64,000 bases of DNA from an uncultured bacterium (GTDB taxonomy: Bacteria; Chloroflexota; Dormibacteria; Aeolococcales; Aeolococcaceae): assembly GCA_963847225.1 (NCBI GenBank), contig CAWJYZ010000003.1, positions 153,512 through 217,511 of the forward strand, in the 5' to 3' direction. The notes under the pieces were generated by a model. The model was not told the DNA's origin and ran no database searches. It worked only from the letters and a program-made list of their open reading frames with translations. Each line of letters starts with the position of its first letter. Positions within the stretch are counted from its first letter, which is position 1. Positions 9,006 through 17,072 of this stretch are shown here, piece by piece. The position numbers and the translations under genes are program-made.

Positions 9006-9227
9006 ATGGCTGATGTTCTCGTGCGCGACCTGCCGGAGGAGGTCCTCGCCACGCTCGATCTGCGCGCGGCGCAGCTGGGAATCTCGCGCAGCGAGTACTT
9101 GCGGCGCAGGTTGACTGCGGACGCCACCGCGTCTAGCGGGCCGGTCTTCGTCGAGGACCTGGAGCGCTTTGCGCTGACCTTCGCGGACCTGGCCGACCCT
9201 GAGGTTTTGGCCCAGGCTTGGCGGTGA
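9006..9227 (+). CDS. vapB: type II antitoxin, ribbon-helix-helix (VapB/CopG-like)
   Basis: 73 aa ([36 protein letters not shown]). Two palindromic TGATATCA-like boxes sit immediately upstream at 8988-9005. The reading frame overlaps the downstream PIN gene. Confidence 0.7.
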   Translation: MADVLVRDLPEEVLATLDLRAAQLGISRSEYLRRRLTADATASSGPVFVEDLERFALTFADLADPEVLAQAWR

Positions 9228-9640
9228 GCACAGGCTGGCTCATCGACAAGTCTGCGCTCGTCCGTCTGCCTGACAGTCCGGATGCGGCCCAATGGGCAAG
9301 GCGAATCGAGCGCGGGATGGTGCGGATCACCACTCTGACCCGGCTCGAGATCGGCTATTCGGCCCGGAGCGCAGCGGATCTGCGATCGGGGTTCCGGCGG
9401 GCTCCCCTCACGACGATGCCGGTGGAGTACCTCACCCCAGCCGTCGAGGGCCGCGCGTTCGAGGTCCTCAGCTTGCTCGCCGACCGCGGGCAACATCGAG
9501 CGCCGTCAATCCCCGACCTGATCGTGAGCGCCGCCGCGGAGCTCGGAGGATTGAGCGTCCTCCACCTGGACAAGGACTTCGAGCTCATTGCCGGGATCAC
9601 GGGCCAACTCATGGAGCGCCTTCAGCTCTCCGCGGTCTGA
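9218..9640 (+). CDS. vapC: PIN-domain toxin VapC
   Basis: 140 aa ([10 protein letters not shown]...[26 protein letters not shown]), a classic PIN toxin architecture. It overlaps the antitoxin by 10 nt. Confidence 0.75.
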   Translation: MAVSTGWLIDKSALVRLPDSPDAAQWARRIERGMVRITTLTRLEIGYSARSAADLRSGFRRAPLTTMPVEYLTPAVEGRAFEVLSLLADRGQHRAPSIPDLIVSAAAELGGLSVLHLDKDFELIAGITGQLMERLQLSAV

Positions 9641-10002
9641 GCCAGCGGGTCCCGAGGGCGCCCAAGGCCAAATCGCTTGCGCCCTTTGGCCCCCAGTGCT
9701 AGGGTGAACGAGCTTCAGTGGCCCGAGGGGGCCGCGAGCATCGGGCCTCGCCGGGACAGGTGCAGTGGCGGGGCCTTTGCTTTTGCCCGTCGCCGCTCCA
9801 GGAACCCTCCCCGAACCCAGCAGAGATCTCGCCCGGGCCTCCGGCTCTGAATAGCCCCGGAGGCTGACAATTTCGAACAAATTGACGCAATCATTCCCCC
9901 AACATCTTGTGGGCTCCCGTCCGGGCAAACTCCACATCTTGCGGTTTTGCCCCCAAAAAGGCTTCCCTGCGCGTATTGCCCCGGCTATACTCCTGTCCTA
10001 AT

Positions 10003-11280
10003 GTGAGCCGTCCTCGCCACGTCTTCGCACTCGATCTGGGAACAACCAAGGTCTGCTGCGCCGTCGCCGACATCGAGGCTGCCGGGCTGCGCGTCCTGGG
10101 GGTGGGCGAGGCCGTCTCCAAGGGCATCCGCAAGGGCGCCGTCATCGAGATCGACCGGGCGGCCGAGGCGGTCGCCGAGGCCGTCGACCTCGCCGAGCAG
10201 ATGTCGGGCATCGCCATCGATACGGCGGTCGTCGGGCTCGCCGGCGCGCACATCACCTCCCAGAACAGCCGGGGGGTGGTGGCCGTCGCCGCTGGGCGGC
10301 GTGAGGTTGCAGCCCAGGACGTCGGGCGCGCCATCGACGCCGCCCGGGCGGTGTCGGTGCCCAGCGACCGCCGCATCCTCCACGTCCTGCCCCAGCAGTT
10401 CACCATCGATGGCCAGGATGGGGTCCGCGACGCGGTGGGGATGTCGGGAAGCCGCCTGGAGGTCGACGCCCACATCGTGACCGGGGCGCAGACGGCCATC
10501 CAGAATGTTGTCAAGGTCGTCCACAAGGCGGGCCTCGACGTCGACGACCTCGTGCTCCAGGTGCTCGCCTCCGCCGAGGCGGTGGTCGGCGAGGATGAGC
10601 TGGAGCGCGGCGTCGTCGTCGTCGATATCGGAGGCGGCACCACCGATGTCGCCGTCTTCAACCGCGGCAGCATCGTCCATACCGCCGTGCTCCCCGTCGG
10701 GGGCAACCACGTGACCGGCGACCTCGCCGTGGGATTGCGGTGCGATCTCGACACCGCGGAGGTGGTGAAGCGCAGCTTCGGGCACTGCCTCCAGCTCACC
10801 GTCGCGGCCGATGCCGAGGTGACCCTCACTCCCATGGGCTACGACGAGCCGGTCAACGTCCCCCAGCGCTACCTCGCCGAGATCATCGGGCCGCGGGCCC
10901 GCGAGATCGCCCAGCTCATCGCCGCCCAGATCGAGATGGCGGGACCGCCGTCGCAGTTCGCGGGCGGCATCGTGCTGACCGGCGGGGGAGCGTTGCTGCG
11001 TGGCTTCGCCGAGATGACCCAGAGCGTCACCGACCTCCCCGCCCGGGTGGCGGCGCCGCAGGGAGTGAGCGGGATGAACGATGAGATCCAGGGCCCCGAC
11101 CATGCGACGGTGGTCGGGCTGCTGCGCTGGGCGGCGCGTTATCGGGGGGGCCGGATCGGACGCCGCCTGCCCAGCGCCGGGGGCGGTCATGTCGAGCTGC
11201 GCGGGCGGGTACATGCCCCGGCCAGCGCGGCGGAGGCGGTGGGGGCGCGCTTCGGACGCTGGCTCCGAGAGCTCTTCTGA
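10003..11280 (+). CDS. ftsA: cell division protein FtsA
   Basis: Actin-like ATPase: [42 protein letters not shown]. The probable GTG start at 10003 is in frame, and the ORF track extends to 9907. ftsZ lies directly downstream. Confidence 0.9.
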   Translation: MSRPRHVFALDLGTTKVCCAVADIEAAGLRVLGVGEAVSKGIRKGAVIEIDRAAEAVAEAVDLAEQMSGIAIDTAVVGLAGAHITSQNSRGVVAVAAGRREVAAQDVGRAIDAARAVSVPSDRRILHVLPQQFTIDGQDGVRDAVGMSGSRLEVDAHIVTGAQTAIQNVVKVVHKAGLDVDDLVLQVLASAEAVVGEDELERGVVVVDIGGGTTDVAVFNRGSIVHTAVLPVGGNHVTGDLAVGLRCDLDTAEVVKRSFGHCLQLTVAADAEVTLTPMGYDEPVNVPQRYLAEIIGPRAREIAQLIAAQIEMAGPPSQFAGGIVLTGGGALLRGFAEMTQSVTDLPARVAAPQGVSGMNDEIQGPDHATVVGLLRWAARYRGGRIGRRLPSAGGGHVELRGRVHAPASAAEAVGARFGRWLRELF

Positions 11281-11309
11281 AGGATGGAAAGAGGAAAACG
11301 TTTGCCGGG

Positions 11310-12512
11310 ATGGATGAGATGAACGAGAGAGAACGCGAGCTGCGCCGGATGACCCAGGAGTTCATGGCGCGCGGTACGAGCAGCGAGGCGCGGCAGCGCG
11401 AGGAGAGTGCCATGGCCGATCTCGACCGGACCCTCGAAGGCCACGCTCGCATCCGAGTGGTGGGTGTCGGTGGCGGCGGCAGCAACGCCGTCAACCGAAT
11501 GCTGCGCAGCAACCTGCGTGGCGTCGAGTTCATCGCCCTCAACACCGATCATCAGGCTCTCCAGCAGTCCGGGGCGCAGCGCAAGCTGCGCATCGGGGCC
11601 AAGCTCACCCGCGGTCTCGGCGCCGGCGGCGACCCGGAGAAGGGGCGGAACGCGGCGGAAGAGTCTCGCGAGGAGATCGCCAAGGCGGTCTCGGACTCCG
11701 ACATGGTCTTCGTCACCGCCGGGATGGGCGGCGGCACCGGGACCGGGGCCGCTCCCGTCGTCGCCGAGATCGCCAAGGAGACGGGGGCTCTCACCATCGG
11801 TGTTGTCACCAAACCCTTCCGCTTCGAGGGGCTGCGCCGGCAGAAGATCGCCGAGGACGGGATCGCCACTCTTCAGGAGCGTGTCGACACTCTCATCACC
11901 ATTCCCAACGAGCGCCTCATGCAGGTCGTCGACAAGAAGACCTCGATCACCGACGCCTTCAAGGTCGCCGACGACGTGCTCCGTCAGGGCGTCCAGGGCA
12001 TCAGCGACCTCATCGTCTACCCCGGGCTCATCAATCTGGATTTCGCCGACGTCAAGGCGATCATGTCTGGACAGGGCGCGGCCCTCATGGGCATCGGCTT
12101 CGGGACCGGCGACACCCGGGCCGCCGATGCGGCTCGCGACGCGGTGGCCAGCCCCCTGCTGGAGACGACGATCGCCGGCGCCAAGGGGATCCTCCTCAAC
12201 ATCACGGGCGGCAGCGACCTCACCCTGTACGAGGTCAACGAGGCGGCTCAGCTGGTCAGCGAGTCCGCGGACAAGGACGCCCAGATCATCTTCGGGACCG
12301 TTATCGACGAGGCGATGAAGGGCGAGGTCAAGATCACCGTGATCGCCACCGGGTTCACCGGTCAGATCGACGTCCTCGGTGCCCTCGCCTACGAGCCGCA
12401 GGCGCGTCCGGTCAGCGCCGATCGCCCGGTTTTCTCGGCGGCTCCGCGCAGCCCCATGCCGGTGAATCTCGACGATCTGGACATCCCCGCATTTCTCAGG
12501 GATCGCAGGTAG
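11310..12512 (+). CDS. ftsZ: cell division GTPase FtsZ
   Basis: Tubulin signature GGGTGTG with the T7 loop, and a C-terminal DIPAFLR peptide. It has an N-terminal extension of about 35 aa before the core ([15 protein letters not shown]). Confidence 0.95.
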   Translation: MDEMNERERELRRMTQEFMARGTSSEARQREESAMADLDRTLEGHARIRVVGVGGGGSNAVNRMLRSNLRGVEFIALNTDHQALQQSGAQRKLRIGAKLTRGLGAGGDPEKGRNAAEESREEIAKAVSDSDMVFVTAGMGGGTGTGAAPVVAEIAKETGALTIGVVTKPFRFEGLRRQKIAEDGIATLQERVDTLITIPNERLMQVVDKKTSITDAFKVADDVLRQGVQGISDLIVYPGLINLDFADVKAIMSGQGAALMGIGFGTGDTRAADAARDAVASPLLETTIAGAKGILLNITGGSDLTLYEVNEAAQLVSESADKDAQIIFGTVIDEAMKGEVKITVIATGFTGQIDVLGALAYEPQARPVSADRPVFSAAPRSPMPVNLDDLDIPAFLRDRR

Positions 12513-12576
12513 TAATCGACAAGTCTGGCTATAATTCGAAGGGCCGCGACAGCAGGTCTCCGTCCGGCTATCGGCG

Positions 12577-13104
12577 ATGAGATGCCCGTTCTGCCAATCC
12601 GTCGACTCCAAGGTGGTGGACTCTCGAGACACGGACTCGGGGGTCCGCCGCCGGCGGGAGTGTCTCAGCTGCGGGAAGCGCTTCACCACCTATGAGAGGA
12701 TCGAGACCGTCCCCCTCTTCGTGATGAAGAAGGATGGCCGGCGCGAAGAATTCAGCCGCTCCAAGCTCCTCGGTGGATTGCTGATCGCCAGCAAGAAGCG
12801 TGACATCGCCCCCGATCAGCTCGAAGCGCTCGTCGACGATGTGGAGAACCGGCTGCGCGGCGAGCACCACACCGAGGTCCCCTCGCAGACGGTGGGGGAG
12901 ATGGTCATGGAGCGGCTGCGGGAGATCGACGAGATCGCCTATGTCCGCTTCGCCTCCGTGTACCGCTCCTTCAAGGACGTGGGCGAGATGCGGGCGGAGA
13001 TCGAGGACATCCTGACCAGTCCGCCTGGCCCCCGCCGCGCCGCTCCCCGTCGCGGCCGGCCGCGCGGCAAGGAGGAGGAGCTGGCCCTCGATCTGGGCAA
13101 GTGA
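12577..13104 (+). CDS. nrdR: transcriptional repressor NrdR
   Basis: MRCPFCQSVDSKVVDSRDTDSGVRRRRECLSCGKRFTTYERIE: a zinc ribbon followed by an ATP-cone, the canonical NrdR pattern. Confidence 0.9.
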   Translation: MRCPFCQSVDSKVVDSRDTDSGVRRRRECLSCGKRFTTYERIETVPLFVMKKDGRREEFSRSKLLGGLLIASKKRDIAPDQLEALVDDVENRLRGEHHTEVPSQTVGEMVMERLREIDEIAYVRFASVYRSFKDVGEMRAEIEDILTSPPGPRRAAPRRGRPRGKEEELALDLGK

Positions 13105-13143
13105 GGACAACCGCGCCCGGGCCGGCGCGGAAGGTCTCCTGAG

Positions 13144-13527
13144 ATGGCGGGAGGCCGGCTTCCCGCTCGGGTGCTCACGGCCCTGGCCGGCCTCGACGAG
13201 GCGCTCGTCAGCTCCCGTTCGGGGTCGCGGGAGGTGACCGTCCCCATGACCGTGGCGGTGACCCCGGAGGGGAGCGTCTACGTCATGACGAGCGCCTTGA
13301 GCCGCAAGGCGCAGCGTTGGGAGCGTGATCCCTGGGTCCGCATCACGGTTCCGGCGACCGGAGAATCTGCCGAGGGACAGGTGGTGCGGGTGCCGCCGGG
13401 AGGGTTGCACGGCGCCGAGGAGGCGCTGATCATCGATCGCTTCGGCAGCGCCGGAGCGGCTACTCCCGAGTCCCTTCGGCAGACCCTCGAGATCGGGACG
13501 CATCTCCTTCTCCGCCTCGAGACCTGA
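13144..13527 (+). CDS. hypothetical protein (possibly PNPOx-like split-barrel)
   Basis: 127-aa ORF with high GC3. No confident family assignment can be made from sequence alone. Confidence 0.4.
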   Translation: MAGGRLPARVLTALAGLDEALVSSRSGSREVTVPMTVAVTPEGSVYVMTSALSRKAQRWERDPWVRITVPATGESAEGQVVRVPPGGLHGAEEALIIDRFGSAGAATPESLRQTLEIGTHLLLRLET

Positions 13528-13679
13528 TGGTGGAGGCAGCGCGCGCCGGCCCCGCTGCTCAAGTTGTGGGGAGAAGGAGAGAGCGGCCTCACGGTCGCTC
13601 CCGCAGAGGAGAGCCGCTGCTCGAGGATGAGATCGACACCGGTGGGTACGGAGGCGATGGCGGCGCCCAGCGCCGCGGC

Positions 13680-14588
13680 TCACCCACGGCGCGTCGGTTC
13701 CGGCGCGGGCGGCGAGGGTACCCGCACGGTGAGCCCGTGGGCCAGAACCGTGACGGTGAGGGATGAGCCCTTCGCCATGACCTCGCCGTCCACCTCGCGG
13801 AGCAGCGGACGGGCAGAGTGAATCTCGACGTGGCGAGCGCGATGGTGCTCGAGGAGGGCGTCGCTGGCCGAGCTTCCGACGATCACCCGCCATCCCACTC
13901 GCGCCCAGCTGGGCAGGTCCGGCGGTGCGAGGATGGCCACATCGAGGAGGCCGTCGTCGAGGCGCGCGCTGCGGAGGATGGCGAAGCCGCCGGGGAGAAG
14001 CCCGGCGTTGCCCACGAAGATCGACCTCGCCCGGCGGCGCAGCTCCGGTCCGCCGTCGAGGCTTATCGAGAAGGCCGTGGCCGGTCCTCCGAGGTGGATC
14101 AATCCGGCCAGCGCGTATCCCACCCAGCCGAGGTGCCCCTTGACGACGGCCGGGGTGCCTCGAACCACCTCGGCATCGAGCCCGATGCCGGCCATGGCGA
14201 CGAAGGCCCGGCCCTCGGCAAGGCCGATATCGATGCGCCGATCGCCTCCCCTCAATGCGGCCTCCAGAGCCGGCCCGAGCCGGCGGGGCAGGCCGAGAGC
14301 CGTCGCCGCGATGTTGGCAGTGCCGAGGGGAACGATGCCGAGCGCGATACCCGTGCCCTGGAGTGCCTCGGCGCAGGCGCGCACGGTGCCGTCCCCGCCG
14401 GCGGCGACGACCAGCTCGGCGCCGGCGGTGATCGCCCGGCGCGTCGCGAGGAGCCCGTCGCGGGGTCGGGTCGTCTCGAGGATGAGCGGCTCCCACCCCG
14501 CCCCGCGCGCCGCGACGCGGCAGGCGCGGCGGAGCCACGCCGGGTCGTCCACCCTGGTGCGGTTGATGACGAAGGCAACACGTGGCAT
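13680..14588 (-). CDS. diacylglycerol kinase catalytic-domain lipid kinase (YegS/BmrU family)
   Basis: 302 aa. The DAGK_cat motif ELVVAAGGDGTVRA is present, together with the ...GIVPLGTANIAATALG loop. Confidence 0.8.
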   Translation of the reverse strand: MPRVAFVINRTRVDDPAWLRRACRVAARGAGWEPLILETTRPRDGLLATRRAITAGAELVVAAGGDGTVRACAEALQGTGIALGIVPLGTANIAATALGLPRRLGPALEAALRGGDRRIDIGLAEGRAFVAMAGIGLDAEVVRGTPAVVKGHLGWVGYALAGLIHLGGPATAFSISLDGGPELRRRARSIFVGNAGLLPGGFAILRSARLDDGLLDVAILAPPDLPSWARVGWRVIVGSSASDALLEHHRARHVEIHSARPLLREVDGEVMAKGSSLTVTVLAHGLTVRVPSPPAPEPTRRG

Positions 14589-14725
14589 GGGGAGCGTCTG
14601 CGGCCGCGCCGCGGCCGGTTTCGACGTTGCCGACGAGTTTGCCGCCTCCGCCAGCGCGACGCCTCCGGACCCGCCGCGGGCGGCACCTTGATGCGGGCCG
14701 CCGCGGCGGGGGGAGGGGGAGAGCC

Positions 14726-16069
14726 TCAGGCGGGCGGACCGGCGGCGAGGGTGATGGACGTCGTGTGCTGCGTCCCGGAGGCGTCCATCCAGCCGAGCTG
14801 GATGGTCTGGTCAGGGTGGTCGCCCTTCAGGGCGGTGGAGAGGTCACCGACGCCGGTGATGGCCGTGCCGTTCACGCTCACGATGACGTCGCCGGCCTGG
14901 AGCCCGGCCCGCGCCGCCGGCGATCCGGGGATCACCTGGGCGATGAGCGCGCCCCCGCTCGGAGATGCCACCGACGGATTCGCGTCCTGCACCTCCACGC
15001 CGATGAGCGGGCCCGAGCCTCCAATGACGACGTTTCCGCTCGCCGCGCCGCTCTGGATCTGATGAACGATGCTCATCGCGGTGTCGATGGGGATGGCGAA
15101 GCCGACGGTGCTGCTGATCCCGGTCCCGGAGGCGACGGGGGCGCCGGAGGAGGAGCCGGCGGTGTCCATGCCCACGACCTTCCCGGCGGCGTCGACGAGC
15201 GGACCTCCGGAGTCCCCGGGAACGATGTCCGCGGCCAGCTGGATGGCGCCGTTGAGCGTCTCCGAGGTGGCGCCGTCGCTCGCCGTCACCGTCTGATCGA
15301 GGGCGGTGACGGTGCCGGCGACGACGGCCGGGCTACCCCCTCGTCCGTAGGCGTTGCCGAGGGCCACCACCTGATCGCCGACCTGGAGGGAGGACGAATC
15401 GCCGATGGGAGCGGCCCTCAAGGTCGGGGCGTTCTCGATCTGGAGGAGAGCCACGTCGTCGGTCGCGTCATAGCCCAGCACCTTGGCCGAGTAGGTCGGA
15501 CCCTGACCGTCCACCTGGGCGGTGATGTTGGTGGCGCCGTCGATCACGTGGTTGTTGGTGAGCACCTCGCCGCTCGAGGTGATGATGATCCCGGTGCCTG
15601 CTGCCGGCGAGCCGTTGATGACGTCCTTGATGTCGACGACAGAGGGGTCGATCGCGGCGGCGATGGTGGAGGCGTTGGCGCTCCCCCCACCGGTGGATGG
15701 CGAGCCGCTCGGGCTCTGCCCTCCCCGCAGGGCCAGGCCGATGCCCGCGCCCACCCCGCCGGCGGCGAGGGCGACCGCCACGCCGCCGGCGAGCATCGCC
15801 GCCAGCAGGCGCCGGCGATGGCGGGGCGGCCGGGGCGCCGCCGCCGGATGGCCCGGCGGCGGTGGATAGGGAGGCGGATAGGGAGGCCCCCAGAAGGGGG
15901 GGCCCCAGGTGGGGGGACCCCAGCTCTGCTCAGGCGGGGACCATGCCGGGGGGTCGCCAGCCCCCGGTGCGGGTGGGGGAGGCGCGGCCCACGATTCCCA
16001 CGCGGCACCGGCGTCGGAGGGCTGGCCGGCGGTCTCGGGCGGTTCGTTGGTGCTCGGTGTCTCAGTCAT
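14726..16069 (-). CDS. htrA: HtrA/DegP-family trypsin-like serine protease with PDZ domain, proline-rich N-terminus
   Basis: Catalytic triad context is present (TNNHVI, DVALLQ, GDSGGPLVD), with a C-terminal PDZ domain. The N-terminal roughly 90 aa are Pro/Trp-rich (PPYPPPYPPPPGHP), followed by a TM helix. Confidence 0.85.
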   Translation of the reverse strand: MTETPSTNEPPETAGQPSDAGAAWESWAAPPPPAPGAGDPPAWSPPEQSWGPPTWGPPFWGPPYPPPYPPPPGHPAAAPRPPRHRRRLLAAMLAGGVAVALAAGGVGAGIGLALRGGQSPSGSPSTGGGSANASTIAAAIDPSVVDIKDVINGSPAAGTGIIITSSGEVLTNNHVIDGATNITAQVDGQGPTYSAKVLGYDATDDVALLQIENAPTLRAAPIGDSSSLQVGDQVVALGNAYGRGGSPAVVAGTVTALDQTVTASDGATSETLNGAIQLAADIVPGDSGGPLVDAAGKVVGMDTAGSSSGAPVASGTGISSTVGFAIPIDTAMSIVHQIQSGAASGNVVIGGSGPLIGVEVQDANPSVASPSGGALIAQVIPGSPAARAGLQAGDVIVSVNGTAITGVGDLSTALKGDHPDQTIQLGWMDASGTQHTTSITLAAGPPA

Positions 16070-16234
16070 CTCTCGTCAACCTCATCTGCATCACGAGACG
16101 AAGCCTAGGAGGGACATGCTTTCAAGCTCATGACGCTGGTGCGGGGGATGGCGCACCGATCGGGGCGCGCGGCGGTTCCGCGGCTCGGGAGGGCGGTCGG
16201 AGGCTGGGTCCGCCACGGGCTCCATCTGGTGGAG

Positions 16235-16993
16235 ATGGCCAGAGGGGAAGCGGCGAGGGATCGGAAGCACGGCGAGCCCGCGAACCCCGAGACTCGGCTC
16301 GTGGAGGCCACGATCGCGGAGCGCCTGGAGGTCGTGCGCGGAGCCATCGCCGCCGCCGCCTCGCGGGCCGGACGTGACCCCGCCTCGATCCGCCTGGTGG
16401 CCGTCACCAAGACCGTGGACCCGGTGCGGATCGCCGCGGCCATCAGCACCGGCGTCACTGAGATTGGCGAGAACCGTGTCCAGGAGGCCCTTTCCAAGCA
16501 GCCGGATGTCGTCCCCGGGGTGCGCTGGCACCTCGTCGGTCACCTGCAGAGCAACAAGGCAGCCCTCGCCGCGCAGCTCTTCGACACGGTCCACTCCCTC
16601 GACGGCGTGCGGGTCGGAGAGGCGCTGGATCGGCGGCGGGAGGCGGGGCGCGACCCCATCGAGGCGCTCGTCGAGGTGGACTACACGGGCATCGCCGGAC
16701 GCACCGGGATCGCTCCGGAGGAAGCGGCCGCGCTCCTGCGCTCTCTCGCCGCCTGCAGCCGCCTCCGCCTCGCTGGCCTCATGACCATCGCGCCCTTCGG
16801 CGACGAGGAGGCAGCGCGTGCAGCCTTCCGCAGCCTTCACCAGCTCCGGGACCGGCTCGAGGTGGAGGTGGAGATGCCCCTGCCCGAGCTCTCCATGGGG
16901 ATGAGCGACGACTTTGAGCTCGCCATCACAGAGGGGGCCACGATGGTCCGCCTGGGCCGGATCATCTTCGGTGAGCGTCCACCGGTAGCGTGA
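16235..16993 (+). CDS. yggS: YggS-family pyridoxal phosphate homeostasis protein
   Basis: PLP-binding alanine racemase-like barrel with the Lys-containing VAVTKT motif and HLVGHLQSNKA. The start is uncertain: ATG at 16235 or GTG at 16301, while the ORF track begins at 16130. Confidence 0.8.
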   Translation: MARGEAARDRKHGEPANPETRLVEATIAERLEVVRGAIAAAASRAGRDPASIRLVAVTKTVDPVRIAAAISTGVTEIGENRVQEALSKQPDVVPGVRWHLVGHLQSNKAALAAQLFDTVHSLDGVRVGEALDRRREAGRDPIEALVEVDYTGIAGRTGIAPEEAAALLRSLAACSRLRLAGLMTIAPFGDEEAARAAFRSLHQLRDRLEVEVEMPLPELSMGMSDDFELAITEGATMVRLGRIIFGERPPVA

Positions 16994-17072
16994 GTCCCCG
17001 TAGGGATCGACGTGATCCTCGGGGGTAGGCGCAGGGGGGCGCAGGCCCCCTGCTCGGTATCCTTGGCCGGCA

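Noticed and set aside
13530-13680. Short imperfect inverted repeat (GAGCGGC...GCCGCTG) between the hypothetical gene and the DAGK 3' end, considered as a terminator
   Set aside because: Only a 6/7 match, with no U-tract. It is indistinguishable from background in GC-rich DNA.
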